Assembly (NCBI GenBank): GCA_963833985.1
Contig: CAWIAD010000002.1
Span: 4,928,001 to 4,992,000, forward strand
DNA: 64,000 nt
From: an uncultured Planctomycetaceae bacterium
Lineage (GTDB): Bacteria; Planctomycetota; Planctomycetia; Isosphaerales; Isosphaeraceae
Direction: 5' to 3'
Under the pieces are notes generated by a model. It saw only the letters and a program-made list of their open reading frames with translations, had not been told where the DNA came from and made no database searches. Of this stretch, positions 10,744 through 20,917 are shown one piece after another (position 1 is the stretch's first letter; each line of letters starts with the position of its first letter). Both the position numbers and the translations under genes were made by a program.

Positions 10744-10771
10744 ATCCTAGCAAAGAAAACTGGTTCGTCAA
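10744..10771 (-). promoter_or_regulatory. Putative sigma-70 promoter
   Basis: TTGACG-16 nt-TAGGAT with an extended -10 TG on the minus strand, upstream of the 10651 gene. Confidence 0.5.
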
Positions 10772-11245
10772 GTACGAGTTTGCATGGACGCTTCGGCGAC
10801 GCGGCAAATCACCCTGGAAATAAGAAGAGCACATGATGACGGACGGGCATTCCAGTATTCATTATTTCGGGGATGCCCGTCAGCCCGCGACAACAGCCCG
10901 TTCGTGCCAGCCGAAAAATGTAAAATTTCCAGGAAAATGTACGAATTGACCGACACCTTCAGGATCCATGGTTCACGGCGAAGCCCGTCCGCTTATTGAA
11001 AAGGGCTTCATTTTGCACTTAGGAGAGAAGTTTAGCGATCCTCCCTGCCCCACGCAAGCACTCTAGGTGCAGACTCGGCAACTTTTTCTTCATGAAACTA
11101 AGACCGTTACGGCAGGAAAGCAGGACGCCTGCCGTGTATGAATGGCTGGAGGCAACAACTGCCTAATTGAACGAAGTCCTTGCTGAGTTAATCTTGTTCG
11201 AGTGATGATCCTGGCACCGCGTGCGACTGCGATGTGAAGATTGAT

Positions 11246-11261
11246 AGCAAGTTTGGTGCCA
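11246..11261 (-). promoter_or_regulatory. Sigma-54 (-24/-12) promoter
   Basis: TGGCACCAAACTTGCT, an exact TGGCAC-N5-TTGCW match in an intergenic region. Confidence 0.7.
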
Positions 11262-11369
11262 CTTGCGACGAGCTTGTTGGCATGATGAGATCTCTGGTTC
11301 AGGCGTCGCCGATTCCGGGAAACCGCGGCGACAGGCCAGTTCCTTTGGCTTACTGGGAGCAAGCGTCCG

Positions 11370-12361
11370 ATGGGCTACCGCATTGAAGTTCAGTCGCGTG
11401 GGCAGCACCCGGTTCACTTGTTGCACAACGATGGCAACGGAGCCTCTGCCTCAGTCTTGCCTGCCTACGGGTTCAATCTGTTCGACCTCCGGCTGCCGCT
11501 GGCCGGCGTGGTTCGTCCGGTGATCGTGGCCGCAAGCGATTTCCCTGAGAACCCGCGCGCGCGGCAGGAAACGGAGTTCCCATCCTCTTTCCGTATCCCA
11601 ACCGGGTCCGTGACGGCACCTTCACGTTCCGCGGCCGCAAGTACACATTGCCCAGGAACAACGGTCCACATTCCATTCACGGCTTCGCGAGTGACGCGGC
11701 ATGGGAGGTGGTGGACCACAAGGCCGGGCCCGATTCGGCCTTCATCGTGGGGCGTTACCAGATCTCGCGATGCACTCCTCAGCGACTGGCCGACTGGCCG
11801 ACCGACGCGGTGCTCGAGGTCCGCTACGATCTTGCAGACAGTCGGGTCACGATGACGGTGACCGTCTCCAATCCGACAGCGCTGGACCTGCCATACGGTT
11901 TCGGCATCCATCCGTACTTCCGCCTGCCGTTTGCTCCCGGAGGCATGGCCGAACAGACCCAGGTGGTTCTACCGGCCTCGAAATACTGGGTGCTCGATCA
12001 TTTCCTGCCAACGGGAGAGATCCATGACGTGGACGCTCGGCTGGATTTCCGGCAGGGGCAGCCGAGAGCAGGCCTGAGGCTGGACGACGTGCTCACGGAC
12101 CTCGAATACGGCAACGACCGCGGCGTTTGCCGGCTCGTGGACCTGGCCAAGAAGGCGGAGCTGCGGCTCGAGTTCGACCGCTCGGTGCGCGAGCTGGTCG
12201 TCTACACCCCGCACGCACGCGACGATGTGATTTCGGTTGAACCTTATACCCAGGCGACAGATGCGATCAATCTGGAAGCGCGGGGCGTGGCCGCAGGGTT
12301 GCGAATTCTGGGGCATGGCGCTCATGATACTTTTGTGATCGCCATGGAAACCCATGGCTGA
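11370..12361 (+). CDS. Aldose 1-epimerase family protein (frameshift near 11560)
   Basis: N-terminus in ORF 11370. GVPILFPYPNRVRDG, HSIHGF, GFGIHPYF and ISVEPYT lie in the frame of 11648..12361. Confidence 0.85.
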
Positions 12362-12592
12362 GATGCGCGGTCGAGGCCGTCAGCTCCGCGGGCCCGCTCC
12401 CCATGCCCCGGTCCAGCTCTGGCCCGTGACCGCGGCCCGGCAGCGATGGAGGGCTCTCGCCATCCTCCTGCGGCACAACCGGCGCGCTTTCGACTGTCTA
12501 TGTGTGTCGGCGGCGCGTCGAACCGGTGACCTGCTGAACTTGAACGACGTGAGGTTTGACTCATGGAGCCCTCCAGACCAGGCCCCGAGGGG

Positions 12593-13117
12593 ATGAGCGG
12601 ACTGCGGCTGGACCTGCTCCGGCGTGCTGCCGAGGTCTACATCCGGATTGCTTACCCCTCCGGGGATGTTCCGGAGATCGTCCGCCGCCGGCTGGTATGG
12701 TCGGACGGACCCCTTGCCGAGGGTATCCTGGTCAGCCCTCCGTTCGAGCGCGCAGGTAAGGTACCGGGGCACCAGACGCCCATCTACGCCCTGCGCCTGG
12801 GCAACCTGCGCTACCCGCACATGAAGCTCCAGATCCAGACCTGGGAGAACGACGCCGGTTTCATGCTCTCGGTCAACACGCACGACCAGGTCGCCGGACT
12901 TGACGTGGGAGCGGCCGACGCACAGGCGTTCCGGGAATTGCAGACGGAAAACCAGCGGCTCAAAGAGGCAATCGAGCAAGCCTGGGAGGACGAGGGATTG
13001 CCCACCTTCCTGAGCTACCTGAGAAATTACATCCTGCGGCAGTCACAAGATCCGGTTGATCAGCGGAACCAGGAGCCAGGTTCCGAAGCCCCCATGGATC
13101 GACCCACACAGGGTTGA
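12593..13117 (+). CDS. Hypothetical protein
   Basis: Protein-like composition (YALRLGNLRYPHMKL, SVNTHD, IEQAWEDEGLPTF) with GC3-biased codons. Start could be 12563. Confidence 0.7.
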   Translation: MSGLRLDLLRRAAEVYIRIAYPSGDVPEIVRRRLVWSDGPLAEGILVSPPFERAGKVPGHQTPIYALRLGNLRYPHMKLQIQTWENDAGFMLSVNTHDQVAGLDVGAADAQAFRELQTENQRLKEAIEQAWEDEGLPTFLSYLRNYILRQSQDPVDQRNQEPGSEAPMDRPTQG

Positions 13118-14376
13118 GTCGGAGAGGTGCTCGAGTCGGAGATTGCTGGAACACCGTCGCGCACGCCGGCCGGTACTCCGAGATTCTGTTCCGGCGCGGG
13201 CCTGTTCGTCGCTGGCTGGCGGCGCGGCAAGAGAAACGCGAACGAAGAGCCGCGCTCCGGACTGCTTTGCACTTCCACCCGTCCGCCATGGAGCTCCACG
13301 AAGGTCTTCACCAGGCAGAGCCCCAGACCAATTCCCCGCTTGCCGAACTGATAGTCCCCCGAAGAATGGTGGAGCGTATCGAACCCGGTGAAGAAGGGCT
13401 CGAAAAGATATTGCTGCTCGCTGGGGTGGACGCCGACTCCCTGGTCCGAGACGATCACGCGGACCCAGTCTCGGTCCTCCGGCACGACGACGGCACGGAT
13501 GGTCCCTCCGTCGGGAGTGAATTTGATGGCGTTGGCCAGCAGGTTGATGAGGACGTCCACGATCTTCGAGGAATCCGCCTCGATCGGTCCGACCTGGGGA
13601 TCAACCTGCACTTCCACGGATTGGCCGCGCACCTCGAGATAGGGGCTCAATTCCTCGATCGCGCCCTTCAGCAGCGGTTCGAGGTGAACGGTCTGCAAGT
13701 CGAGCGCATTGTCGAACTCGTTGTGCTTCACCAGCAGCAACATCCTCTGAACGATCCGGGCCAGCCGCCTGGCAGCGCCGTTGATTCGCTCCACCCACTG
13801 CCGCTCCGAGCTGGCGGAGTCTTCCTTGAGTGAGAGCTTCCAGAGATCGGTCAGCCCCAGGATGACGGTCACGGGTGTGTTCAACTCGTGGCTGGCGACC
13901 TCCAGGAACAGTCCTTTGAGCCGGATGGCTTCGGTCAGCTTGGAGTTGGCAGTCTGCAACTCGGTGAGCAGTGTGTTCTTCTCGACGACCAGGTCGTAGC
14001 GTTCGACGGCCTGGCGGACCACCGAATCCAGTTCATCCGGCTCCCAGGGCTTGGTGATATAGCGAAAGACGTGGCCTTGATTGATGGCGTCAATGACTGC
14101 GTGTAAGTCCGCGTAAGCGGTGAACAGGAGCCGGGTGGTCTCGGGACGGATCAAACGGGCCTGCTGGAGCAGCTCCACGCCGCTCATTCCTGGCATTCTC
14201 TGGTCGGAGAGAATGACGGCGATGTCCGCATCCTCTTTCAGACGTTCAATCGCGTCGTTTCCGTGCTGGCAGGTGAGGACCTCGTAGTCGATGCGTAGCA
14301 GGTCATGGACCGAGCGCAAGACGTCGATCTCATCATCGACCACAAGGATCTTCCGGCCGGACCGGGTGCGTTGCAT
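13060..14376 (-). CDS. Hybrid receiver-histidine kinase (REC-HisKA-HATPase_c)
   Basis: ILVVDDE...LSDQRMPGM, ASHELNTP, NLLANAIKFT, DQGVG and GIGLGL. Confidence 0.93.
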   Translation of the reverse strand: MQRTRSGRKILVVDDEIDVLRSVHDLLRIDYEVLTCQHGNDAIERLKEDADIAVILSDQRMPGMSGVELLQQARLIRPETTRLLFTAYADLHAVIDAINQGHVFRYITKPWEPDELDSVVRQAVERYDLVVEKNTLLTELQTANSKLTEAIRLKGLFLEVASHELNTPVTVILGLTDLWKLSLKEDSASSERQWVERINGAARRLARIVQRMLLLVKHNEFDNALDLQTVHLEPLLKGAIEELSPYLEVRGQSVEVQVDPQVGPIEADSSKIVDVLINLLANAIKFTPDGGTIRAVVVPEDRDWVRVIVSDQGVGVHPSEQQYLFEPFFTGFDTLHHSSGDYQFGKRGIGLGLCLVKTFVELHGGRVEVQSSPERGSSFAFLLPRRQPATNRPAPEQNLGVPAGVRDGVPAISDSSTSPTQPCVGRSMGASEPGSWFR

Positions 14377-14543
14377 GGACGAGCTTCCCAGGCTGATTCG
14401 AGTGCCCCGCGAAATTCCGGACAGGCACTTTGGCGGCCGCGGGTTGCGATGGCGAGGCTGCCACGGCTGGACCGGGTCACACTCCAGCCTATCTTATTCC
14501 TTGGGGAAGTGATCGCCAGCGACCTCGCCTGCGGTCGACGTGA

Positions 14544-15383
14544 TCACAACGATCGGGAAGACCCGAAACGCTTGATGAGCGTAACCTCGTTTCCCGTTTC
14601 GTTATAGCGCATTTCGTCGACCATTCCCTGGCAGATCAGGAGACCAAAGCCACCAGCCCTGAGCCCTAGTTTTTCACGAACATCCAGATGAGTGAACGGG
14701 TCGTCGGGAATGGCCGCGTGGGGCAGGTGCATGCGGTTGAAGCCCTTGCCCTGGTCGCGGACCACGATCTCCAGGTGGTCCTCATGGATGCGATAAATGA
14801 TTCTCACCGGCCGCTCGGCCTGGTGCTGGTTGCCCCACTCGATGGCATTATGAGCCATTTCCATGACGGCTTGCCGGAGCTGCATGACCTGCTCGCCGGA
14901 AAGCGGCGTCGTCTGGCAAACATGCATCAAGAAGTTATTGAGGTCCTGGAGCAGGGTGATCTCGCTGTTCAGCTCCACGCTGACCTCCCCGCGGAGCAGC
15001 CGTTCCGCCATGCTGGCGCGCCAGGAGCGGGCCGACGAGATGGCCTGGAACAGCTCATCCACGCCATAGGGCTTGGCGACATAGGCGTTGGCACCGACCC
15101 GGAAGCCGTGGACGCGGTGCTGCATATCGCTCAGCGCCGTGAGCATGACAATGGGAATCAGCATGGTTGCCCGGTCAAGCCGGAGCTGGCGGCAGACGTC
15201 GAAGCCGTTGATGTCGGGAAGCATGAGGTCCAGCAGCAGGACATCCGGCACGTGCTCGCGGGCCAGCATCAATGCCGTCTTGCCGTCCTCGGCAATGATC
15301 GTCTTGAAGTCGCGCGTTCCAAGAATCCGGGCCACGAGCCGCGCTTGATCCGGATGGTCTTCCACGATCAGAGCCGTCGCCAT
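14544..15383 (-). CDS. Response regulator fused to an RsbW-like anti-sigma HATPase domain
   Basis: REC (LIVEDH, LLDLMLP, KPY) plus EMAHNAIEWGN, VRDQGKGF, GGFGLLI and NETGNEVTL. Confidence 0.85.
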   Translation of the reverse strand: MATALIVEDHPDQARLVARILGTRDFKTIIAEDGKTALMLAREHVPDVLLLDLMLPDINGFDVCRQLRLDRATMLIPIVMLTALSDMQHRVHGFRVGANAYVAKPYGVDELFQAISSARSWRASMAERLLRGEVSVELNSEITLLQDLNNFLMHVCQTTPLSGEQVMQLRQAVMEMAHNAIEWGNQHQAERPVRIIYRIHEDHLEIVVRDQGKGFNRMHLPHAAIPDDPFTHLDVREKLGLRAGGFGLLICQGMVDEMRYNETGNEVTLIKRFGSSRSL

Positions 15384-15495
15384 CGTTCTGTCCCCTGCGA
15401 GGCGGTTCCTTGCCTCGAATCGACGTGGTCCCCGCGCCGGGCCCTCTTCCTGGTTCCCGGACGCCTGGGCCAGGTCGGGCTCGCGCTGGGCTGTC

Positions 15496-16491
15496 TCACG
15501 AGACATGCAATTCGACGACGTCGGAATCATGCAACTCATGGTCCCTCTTGACGGTCTGGCCATCGAAGACGCCTTGACCCCAGATCCGGGCGAATTTCAA
15601 GCCACTCTCGACTTCCTTGTGAATATCTCTGGCAAGGTCCAGGACGCAACTGCCGATGGGCAGTGTGAAGGGATGGGACCGATCGACCGGCTTGCCAGGG
15701 ACTTTCGTGTAGACGCGCAGCAGACCCAGTAAATGGTATGCAGCATCACGCAATGTTTCCAGTCCTTCCCCGCGGTGCACGGAGACCGGGCAAATGGGAA
15801 AGCGGCTGCCCATCCAGTCGCGAACGATCTCGAGCCGCTCAGGGGCTCCTTCAGCCTCCATCTTGCTGGCAACCAGCAACGTCTTGACGTGGCGGATCGA
15901 TTCATCGTCCACGTCAAACGGCAGCGTTCCGACCAGTTCGGTGTGCACCGCGGCCAGCCGCTCAAGCACCGCGCCGGTCGCCTCGACGACATCCTCCTGA
16001 CTCATGTCGGCCACCAGCAGCGCGGCGTCCGCGGAACGGATGACGCCGGGAACCCAGGGCTCGAGGAACTCCGGCGAAACCGGCGGCAGGTCCACGAGCT
16101 GGATTGGCACGTCCTGCCACATCAGGATTCCGGGCTGCGGTGTCCTGGTCGTGAACGGGTAGGCGGCCACCTCGGGATGCGCCTGAGTGAGAGCCGTCAG
16201 CAGCGCGCTCTTGCCCGCGTTGGGTGCTCCCACCAGCGCAATCTGTCCGGCCCCCTCATGCGGTACACGAAAGCTCGGTCCAGACTTCTTGCCGCTCCCC
16301 TTGCCGCTCTCCAGCTCGTCCTTGAGCCGGCTCATCTTCTGCTTGAGGTCCGACTGGAGCTTCTCGGTGCCCTTGTGCTTGGGAAGCAGCCGGTACATCT
16401 CGCGCAATTTTTCAAGGCGATCTCCGGGCGTCGAAGCGGCCCGGAACTCTTGCTCGGCCTTGAGGTACTGGGGCGGGAGATTTGCCGGCAT
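15496..16491 (-). CDS. DRG/OBG-family GTPase with TGS domain
   Basis: MPANLPPQY, PKHKGTEKL, G1 GAPNAGKS, YPFTT, DLPP and a C-terminal TGS (RVYTK...ARIWG...HELHDSDVVEL). Confidence 0.88.
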   Translation of the reverse strand: MPANLPPQYLKAEQEFRAASTPGDRLEKLREMYRLLPKHKGTEKLQSDLKQKMSRLKDELESGKGSGKKSGPSFRVPHEGAGQIALVGAPNAGKSALLTALTQAHPEVAAYPFTTRTPQPGILMWQDVPIQLVDLPPVSPEFLEPWVPGVIRSADAALLVADMSQEDVVEATGAVLERLAAVHTELVGTLPFDVDDESIRHVKTLLVASKMEAEGAPERLEIVRDWMGSRFPICPVSVHRGEGLETLRDAAYHLLGLLRVYTKVPGKPVDRSHPFTLPIGSCVLDLARDIHKEVESGLKFARIWGQGVFDGQTVKRDHELHDSDVVELHVS

Positions 16492-16614
16492 CGCGGAAAC
16501 TCTCCACGGCGCTTGAAGATGCTCTCCAGAACCCTAGCGTGTTCGGAGATGCTTTGCAAGAGCCCGGCGTGTTTCCGCCTCATGGCCGGTTCGCGGCTGT
16601 CCGGACGGGCCTGA

Positions 16615-17673
16615 CTACGCTGGCGAATGCTCGTGATGCGCCGCATCCGGCAGTTCGTTGTTCAGGGCGGCCGCTTTCTCGGTCAATGCGGTGGCCCACG
16701 ACGGCGACACCGCCGACTGGCTCTCCCGGCCCCGTGCCGTGTTACGGCCGATGCCCCCGGCATCCGGAAGCATCCAGCTCGCCAGGCCAAGCAGATCTGC
16801 GGTGAATTCCGGAAACAGTCCATGGAACCGGACCGCGACCTGCGCGGGAAGCGTGAGGAGAAGCTCGGCGTCACCATACTGGCAGGCGCGGATGATCCGT
16901 CGCGCGGCCGCCGTGGCGCTCGTGGAGAGAACCGGCACCGAATCGCTGATGCTGAACCACGCGTACTCGGCGCGGTGCTTTCCCTTGAACAGCGCGTTCC
17001 GCGGGCTGCCGGTGCGCATCAGGCCCGGGATCACCGTCGTCACGTAGATGCCGGTGCCGGCCAGCTCGGCACGCAGGCCTTCGGAGAACCCCGTGAGTGC
17101 GAACTTGCTTACCCCGTAGGGCAGCAGGTGTGGCACACTGATCTTGCCGCCGATCGACGACACGTTGACGATCCTCCCGGCTCCCCTGTTCCGCATCCCG
17201 GGAAGGACCGCCTGCGTGGTGTACAGGGGCCCCCAGAAATGAGTTCGCAGCGCCTGCTCATAATCGTCCAGCGTTGTCACCTCGAAGGGCCCAACCTGGA
17301 TCACTCCCGCGTTGTTGACCAGGACATCGATCCGGCCGAAGCGATCGATCACGAGATCAACCAGGGCGTCGACGTCTTCCCGGCGTGTCACGTCGCAGGC
17401 AATGGCCAGCACGTCGGCACCCTGTCCGGAAAGCTCGTCCCGGGCGCGCTTCAGCTCGGCGTCGTCACGCGCGCAGAGGGCCAGCCGCGCGCCGTGGCTG
17501 GCAAGCTGGCGTGCCAGCACCAGCCCCAGTCCACGCGAGCCGCCAGTCACCAGCACCACCCGGCCCGCCAGCGGCAAGTAACGCCGTTCCCGGGCAATCC
17601 GGCGAATGGCCAGTACCGAACCGAAGGACGCTGCCGCCAGGGCAGCCGCCTTCCATGTGCTCCTGTTCATCAT
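16615..17673 (-). CDS. SDR family NAD(P)-dependent oxidoreductase
   Basis: TGGSRGLG, NNAG, SSIGG and YxxSK motifs. Confidence 0.92.
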   Translation of the reverse strand: MMNRSTWKAAALAAASFGSVLAIRRIARERRYLPLAGRVVLVTGGSRGLGLVLARQLASHGARLALCARDDAELKRARDELSGQGADVLAIACDVTRREDVDALVDLVIDRFGRIDVLVNNAGVIQVGPFEVTTLDDYEQALRTHFWGPLYTTQAVLPGMRNRGAGRIVNVSSIGGKISVPHLLPYGVSKFALTGFSEGLRAELAGTGIYVTTVIPGLMRTGSPRNALFKGKHRAEYAWFSISDSVPVLSTSATAAARRIIRACQYGDAELLLTLPAQVAVRFHGLFPEFTADLLGLASWMLPDAGGIGRNTARGRESQSAVSPSWATALTEKAAALNNELPDAAHHEHSPA

Positions 17674-17798
17674 CAGGCTCCCGCCGGACTAGAGAGCCGG
17701 TCATGCAAGCCGGCTCCGGATACGGGTGGACCGCGTCACGGACCGTGGATCGGAGGGTCCTTCAGGTGGCGAGGCTGCTCCCATGGTCATTCGACATC

Positions 17799-17814
17799 AG
17801 CAAATTCCTTGCCG
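17799..17814 (-). promoter_or_regulatory. Putative sigma-54 promoter for the SDR gene
   Basis: CGGCAAGGAATTTGCT with correct GG/GC spacing. Confidence 0.45.
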
Positions 17815-17870
17815 CCCGCGCTGGCGGTGCGAGGCCGGGCCGACGCCACGCCGCTCGGGAATTGCCGTGC

Positions 17871-17886
17871 TGGAACAGGAGTTGCA
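17871..17886 (+). promoter_or_regulatory. Putative sigma-54 promoter
   Basis: TGGAACAGGAGTTGCA, ~80 nt upstream of the 17967 gene. Confidence 0.55.
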
Positions 17887-17966
17887 GAGAATCACATGAC
17901 CGCCCGCAGAAAGGTTTCACCGGCCTTTTTGCCAGCACGAGTGCTCTTCAACAGGAGGCAAATGGG

Positions 17967-18263
17967 ATGAGCCAGACGACAAGCCAGATCGGCATGGGCC
18001 ACGCATCGAACTTCGGGCGTCCCGGCCGTGCCGATCATCGCGAAGGGATGATTGCCCGGACGATCGAGGAACAGACGGCCAGACTTCCTTCCGATGTCTT
18101 CCTCTGGGCGGCAGGGGCCTCCATCATCGGCTCGCTGACGCTGCATTTTTCGGGACGCAAGGCGGAGAGTCTGTTCGTCGGCCAGTGGGCGCCCACGCTG
18201 CTGATCCTCGGGCTGTACAACAAGATCGTCAAGGTCGCCGGCTCGGATTCCGAAGGCGGTTAA
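17967..18263 (+). CDS. Small membrane protein (probably stress-associated)
   Basis: AGGAGG RBS; sequence EEQTARLPSDVFLWAA...FVGQWAPTLLILGLYNKIVK. Confidence 0.75.
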   Translation: MSQTTSQIGMGHASNFGRPGRADHREGMIARTIEEQTARLPSDVFLWAAGASIIGSLTLHFSGRKAESLFVGQWAPTLLILGLYNKIVKVAGSDSEGG

Positions 18264-18403
18264 GCGCTCCCGGGATCGACGCGCCGCTTGCCCCGCCCGG
18301 GACGCCATTCCGGGCGGGGCAACAGCCCGGGGCTGCTGGCCCGACTGGTTCGCCTCTCGCCTCTGACGTGCCATCCATTCCCGCCCACCCCGAAGGAACC
18401 GAT

Positions 18404-18862
18404 ATGCTGACGATCGAGCAGGAGGTGAATATCAAAAAGGTTGCCACGATGATACGCGGCATCAAGGTCGCCATGTTGACGACGGTCTGTGCGGACAGAA
18501 CCCTGCGCAGCCGGCCCATGGCTGCGCAGGAGGCCGAATTCGACGGTACGCTCTGGTTCTTCAGCAGGGCCAGTTCGGGCAAGTCACACGAGATTCGCCA
18601 TGACGAGCAGGTGAATGTCAGCTACGTTGCCGCGGACGAACACCGCTACGTTTCTTTGACGGGACGCGCCAGCGTGGTCCAGGACCGCGAGAAGATGAGC
18701 GAACTCTGGCAGCCGGCCTACAGGGCGTGGTTTCCCCAGGGCCTGGATAATGCGGACATGGCGCTGCTGAAGGTGGACGTCGACCGCGCCGAGTCCTGGG
18801 ATATGCTGTCGTCGTCGATGATCAGTCTGTTCGATCTAGGAGGGGTCAGCGAAGAGGGGTAG
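18404..18862 (+). CDS. Pyridoxamine 5'-phosphate oxidase-like / general stress protein 26
   Basis: IKVAMLTT...LRSRPM...LWFF...VNVSY...YVSLTG...AWFPQG. Confidence 0.88.
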   Translation: MLTIEQEVNIKKVATMIRGIKVAMLTTVCADRTLRSRPMAAQEAEFDGTLWFFSRASSGKSHEIRHDEQVNVSYVAADEHRYVSLTGRASVVQDREKMSELWQPAYRAWFPQGLDNADMALLKVDVDRAESWDMLSSSMISLFDLGGVSEEG

Positions 18863-18980
18863 ACGCACACGAGCCTGGGGCCCGGCAGGAGAGCCTGGGT
18901 GCTTCCGCGGGCAGGCACAATCAAGCGTGGAAGATCCTCGGCCGGCCCGGTTTTCAGGCCGGCCGATGGTACTTATGGTC

Positions 18981-19331
18981 TCAGTTGGCCGCCTTCTTCT
19001 TCGTCATCTCCAGCTTCGAGGCCACTCCACCCTCGTGTGTGATCTTGACCTGGATTCCTTCGGCGCCGTTGTCCTGCGCCTTCTGGAGGTACTTCTCGAG
19101 CTTCTCCAGGTCGACCTTGCGAGTTCCCTTCTTGGTGACCTGCTCGGTCTTCTCGGTCACCTTGACCTTGATTTCCTTATCGCTGCCTTTCTCCTTCACG
19201 ACCAGCACCTTGGCGTCGGCATCGACCTTGATGATCGTGCCCATGAGCTCGTCGGCGATCACCGAGCCCACCACGAGCGTCATTGCGACCAGGCCGGTTG
19301 TCAGGCAGAGCACAAATCCGCGGCGGTTCAT
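18981..19331 (-). CDS. Secreted Lys-rich hypothetical protein
   Basis: GGAGG RBS and signal peptide MNRRGFVLCLTTGLVAMTLVVGSVIA. Confidence 0.75.
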   Translation of the reverse strand: MNRRGFVLCLTTGLVAMTLVVGSVIADELMGTIIKVDADAKVLVVKEKGSDKEIKVKVTEKTEQVTKKGTRKVDLEKLEKYLQKAQDNGAEGIQVKITHEGGVASKLEMTKKKAAN

Positions 19332-19555
19332 CCGAATTCCTCCGACATGCAGGGAATACTTCTCACTCGGCCGCGGGCCGCGTGCGTTCCGGGAATCGGC
19401 TGCCGCAACGACCCCACATCCGGCCGGGTGCTGGCCACTCAAGGGGGCTCGTCTGCTGGCAGCGCACAGCTCTGGCCAGCACTCGAGCCCGATGCGCCTC
19501 ACTGACTATAAGTGATCCCACAAGCCAGGAATAGCAACCAGCGTTCGAGCCGCCC

Positions 19556-20798
19556 TCAGGGGTCTCGCGGCAGCACGCTTTGCGCCAGGGCCTGGATCAA
19601 ATCCTTGCCGAAGGCAAGCCGATCCGCGGCGGTGAGCCGGCGGCCCAGTTTCTTGCTGGTGCCGATGCGCTGCTCCATCAGCACCACCGGGATCCCGCGC
19701 TCGTGGTAGAGTGCGTTGGCCGAGTGATCCGGCGGCCCACGGAACCTCGGGCCGTCTGGCGGATCGAAAGAGCTGTGCGCGACGAGCTGGTCGAAAAAGC
19801 GCTGGACCCGCCTGCGCGCTGGCCCGTCCGTGGCCTGCGTCTCCAGGTATTCGTTCGTCTCGGTGTTGTGCAGGTTGACGAACAGGTCGATCGCCGGTGC
19901 GGCACCGGCGCGGCCGACAATGGCCTTCTTCATATACCAGATCTCCGGCATGTGCAGCAGCTGGTGCTTGCTCCGCAGGTCCACTTCGTCCCAGTGCCGG
20001 TTCAGATCATAGCCATTGGCGTTGAAGCGGACCGTCCCGAGGGCACACCCATCCGGGTCGACCATCGGCGTGAACAGGAAGACGACCCTGTTGCGCAGGT
20101 CTTCGGCCGCCGGATCACCGGACGTGATGAACTCGAGCGCTCCCTCCATCACGTAGGACGTTCCGGCCTCCCAGGCATGCTGGCGGGCCTGGAGCCAGAC
20201 GGCCCGCTTGCCGGCGTCGGACCGCTCGAAGTTGGTCACCGTGACCAGGTGCAGGTCTCGACCCCGGGCGGACTTGCCAATCACCTCCAGCCGCGCGGCG
20301 GGCCGCGCCGATCCGATCGAGCACCTGGATGAGCCGGCTGTGCGTGTAGGGCGGCACGTGCGCAATCCAGATCCGGTCGTCGCTGGGGCGGAAATGGAGG
20401 GTCGCCTCGTGCCGCGCTGCGTCCCAGGTCATCGCCGCGAAATGGTGCCAGTGCACGCCGTCGTCGCTGTAAACCGGGACGGTGTCGGCGTCCATCGGGC
20501 ACGCACCCGGCTTGCCATCGTACTCCCCGACCAGGTCTGTGAGCGTCAAGGTGATGGCCCTGCCGGCCACTCCGTCCATGCGGAAGAAGTACCAGTTGGC
20601 CTGCCGGTTACGCCCATGTTCGTCGGACTGGCCGGGCACCGCGCAGCGAAACCGGTGTTCTCCGAGCACCTCCACCTTGCCCAGTGCCGCGCCCTCGAAA
20701 TGGATATTGAAGACGATCTCCGCGGTGCCCTCTGCTTTCGCCGTCGCGACAAGGGCTGCGCAGAGAGCAGGAAGCCACACGATGTTTCCCGAACGCAT
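19556..20798 (-). CDS. M14 zinc carboxypeptidase (frameshift near 20300)
   Basis: Signal peptide and WYFFR N-domain in ORF 20115..20972. ARQHAWE, NPDG-like VDPDG, DLNRHW and NLHN in ORF 19556..20365. Confidence 0.85.
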
Positions 20799-20917
20799 CT
20801 CGATTTCCCTCCCGCGACAGTCTGGCTCTCGTCCCGCTTCCGCCTTCGATGTATAACATGCTCGTTCGCCCGTGTCGTGCAGCCGGCACTGGCCTGTCGC
20901 CTGAAAGGGACTCGCCG

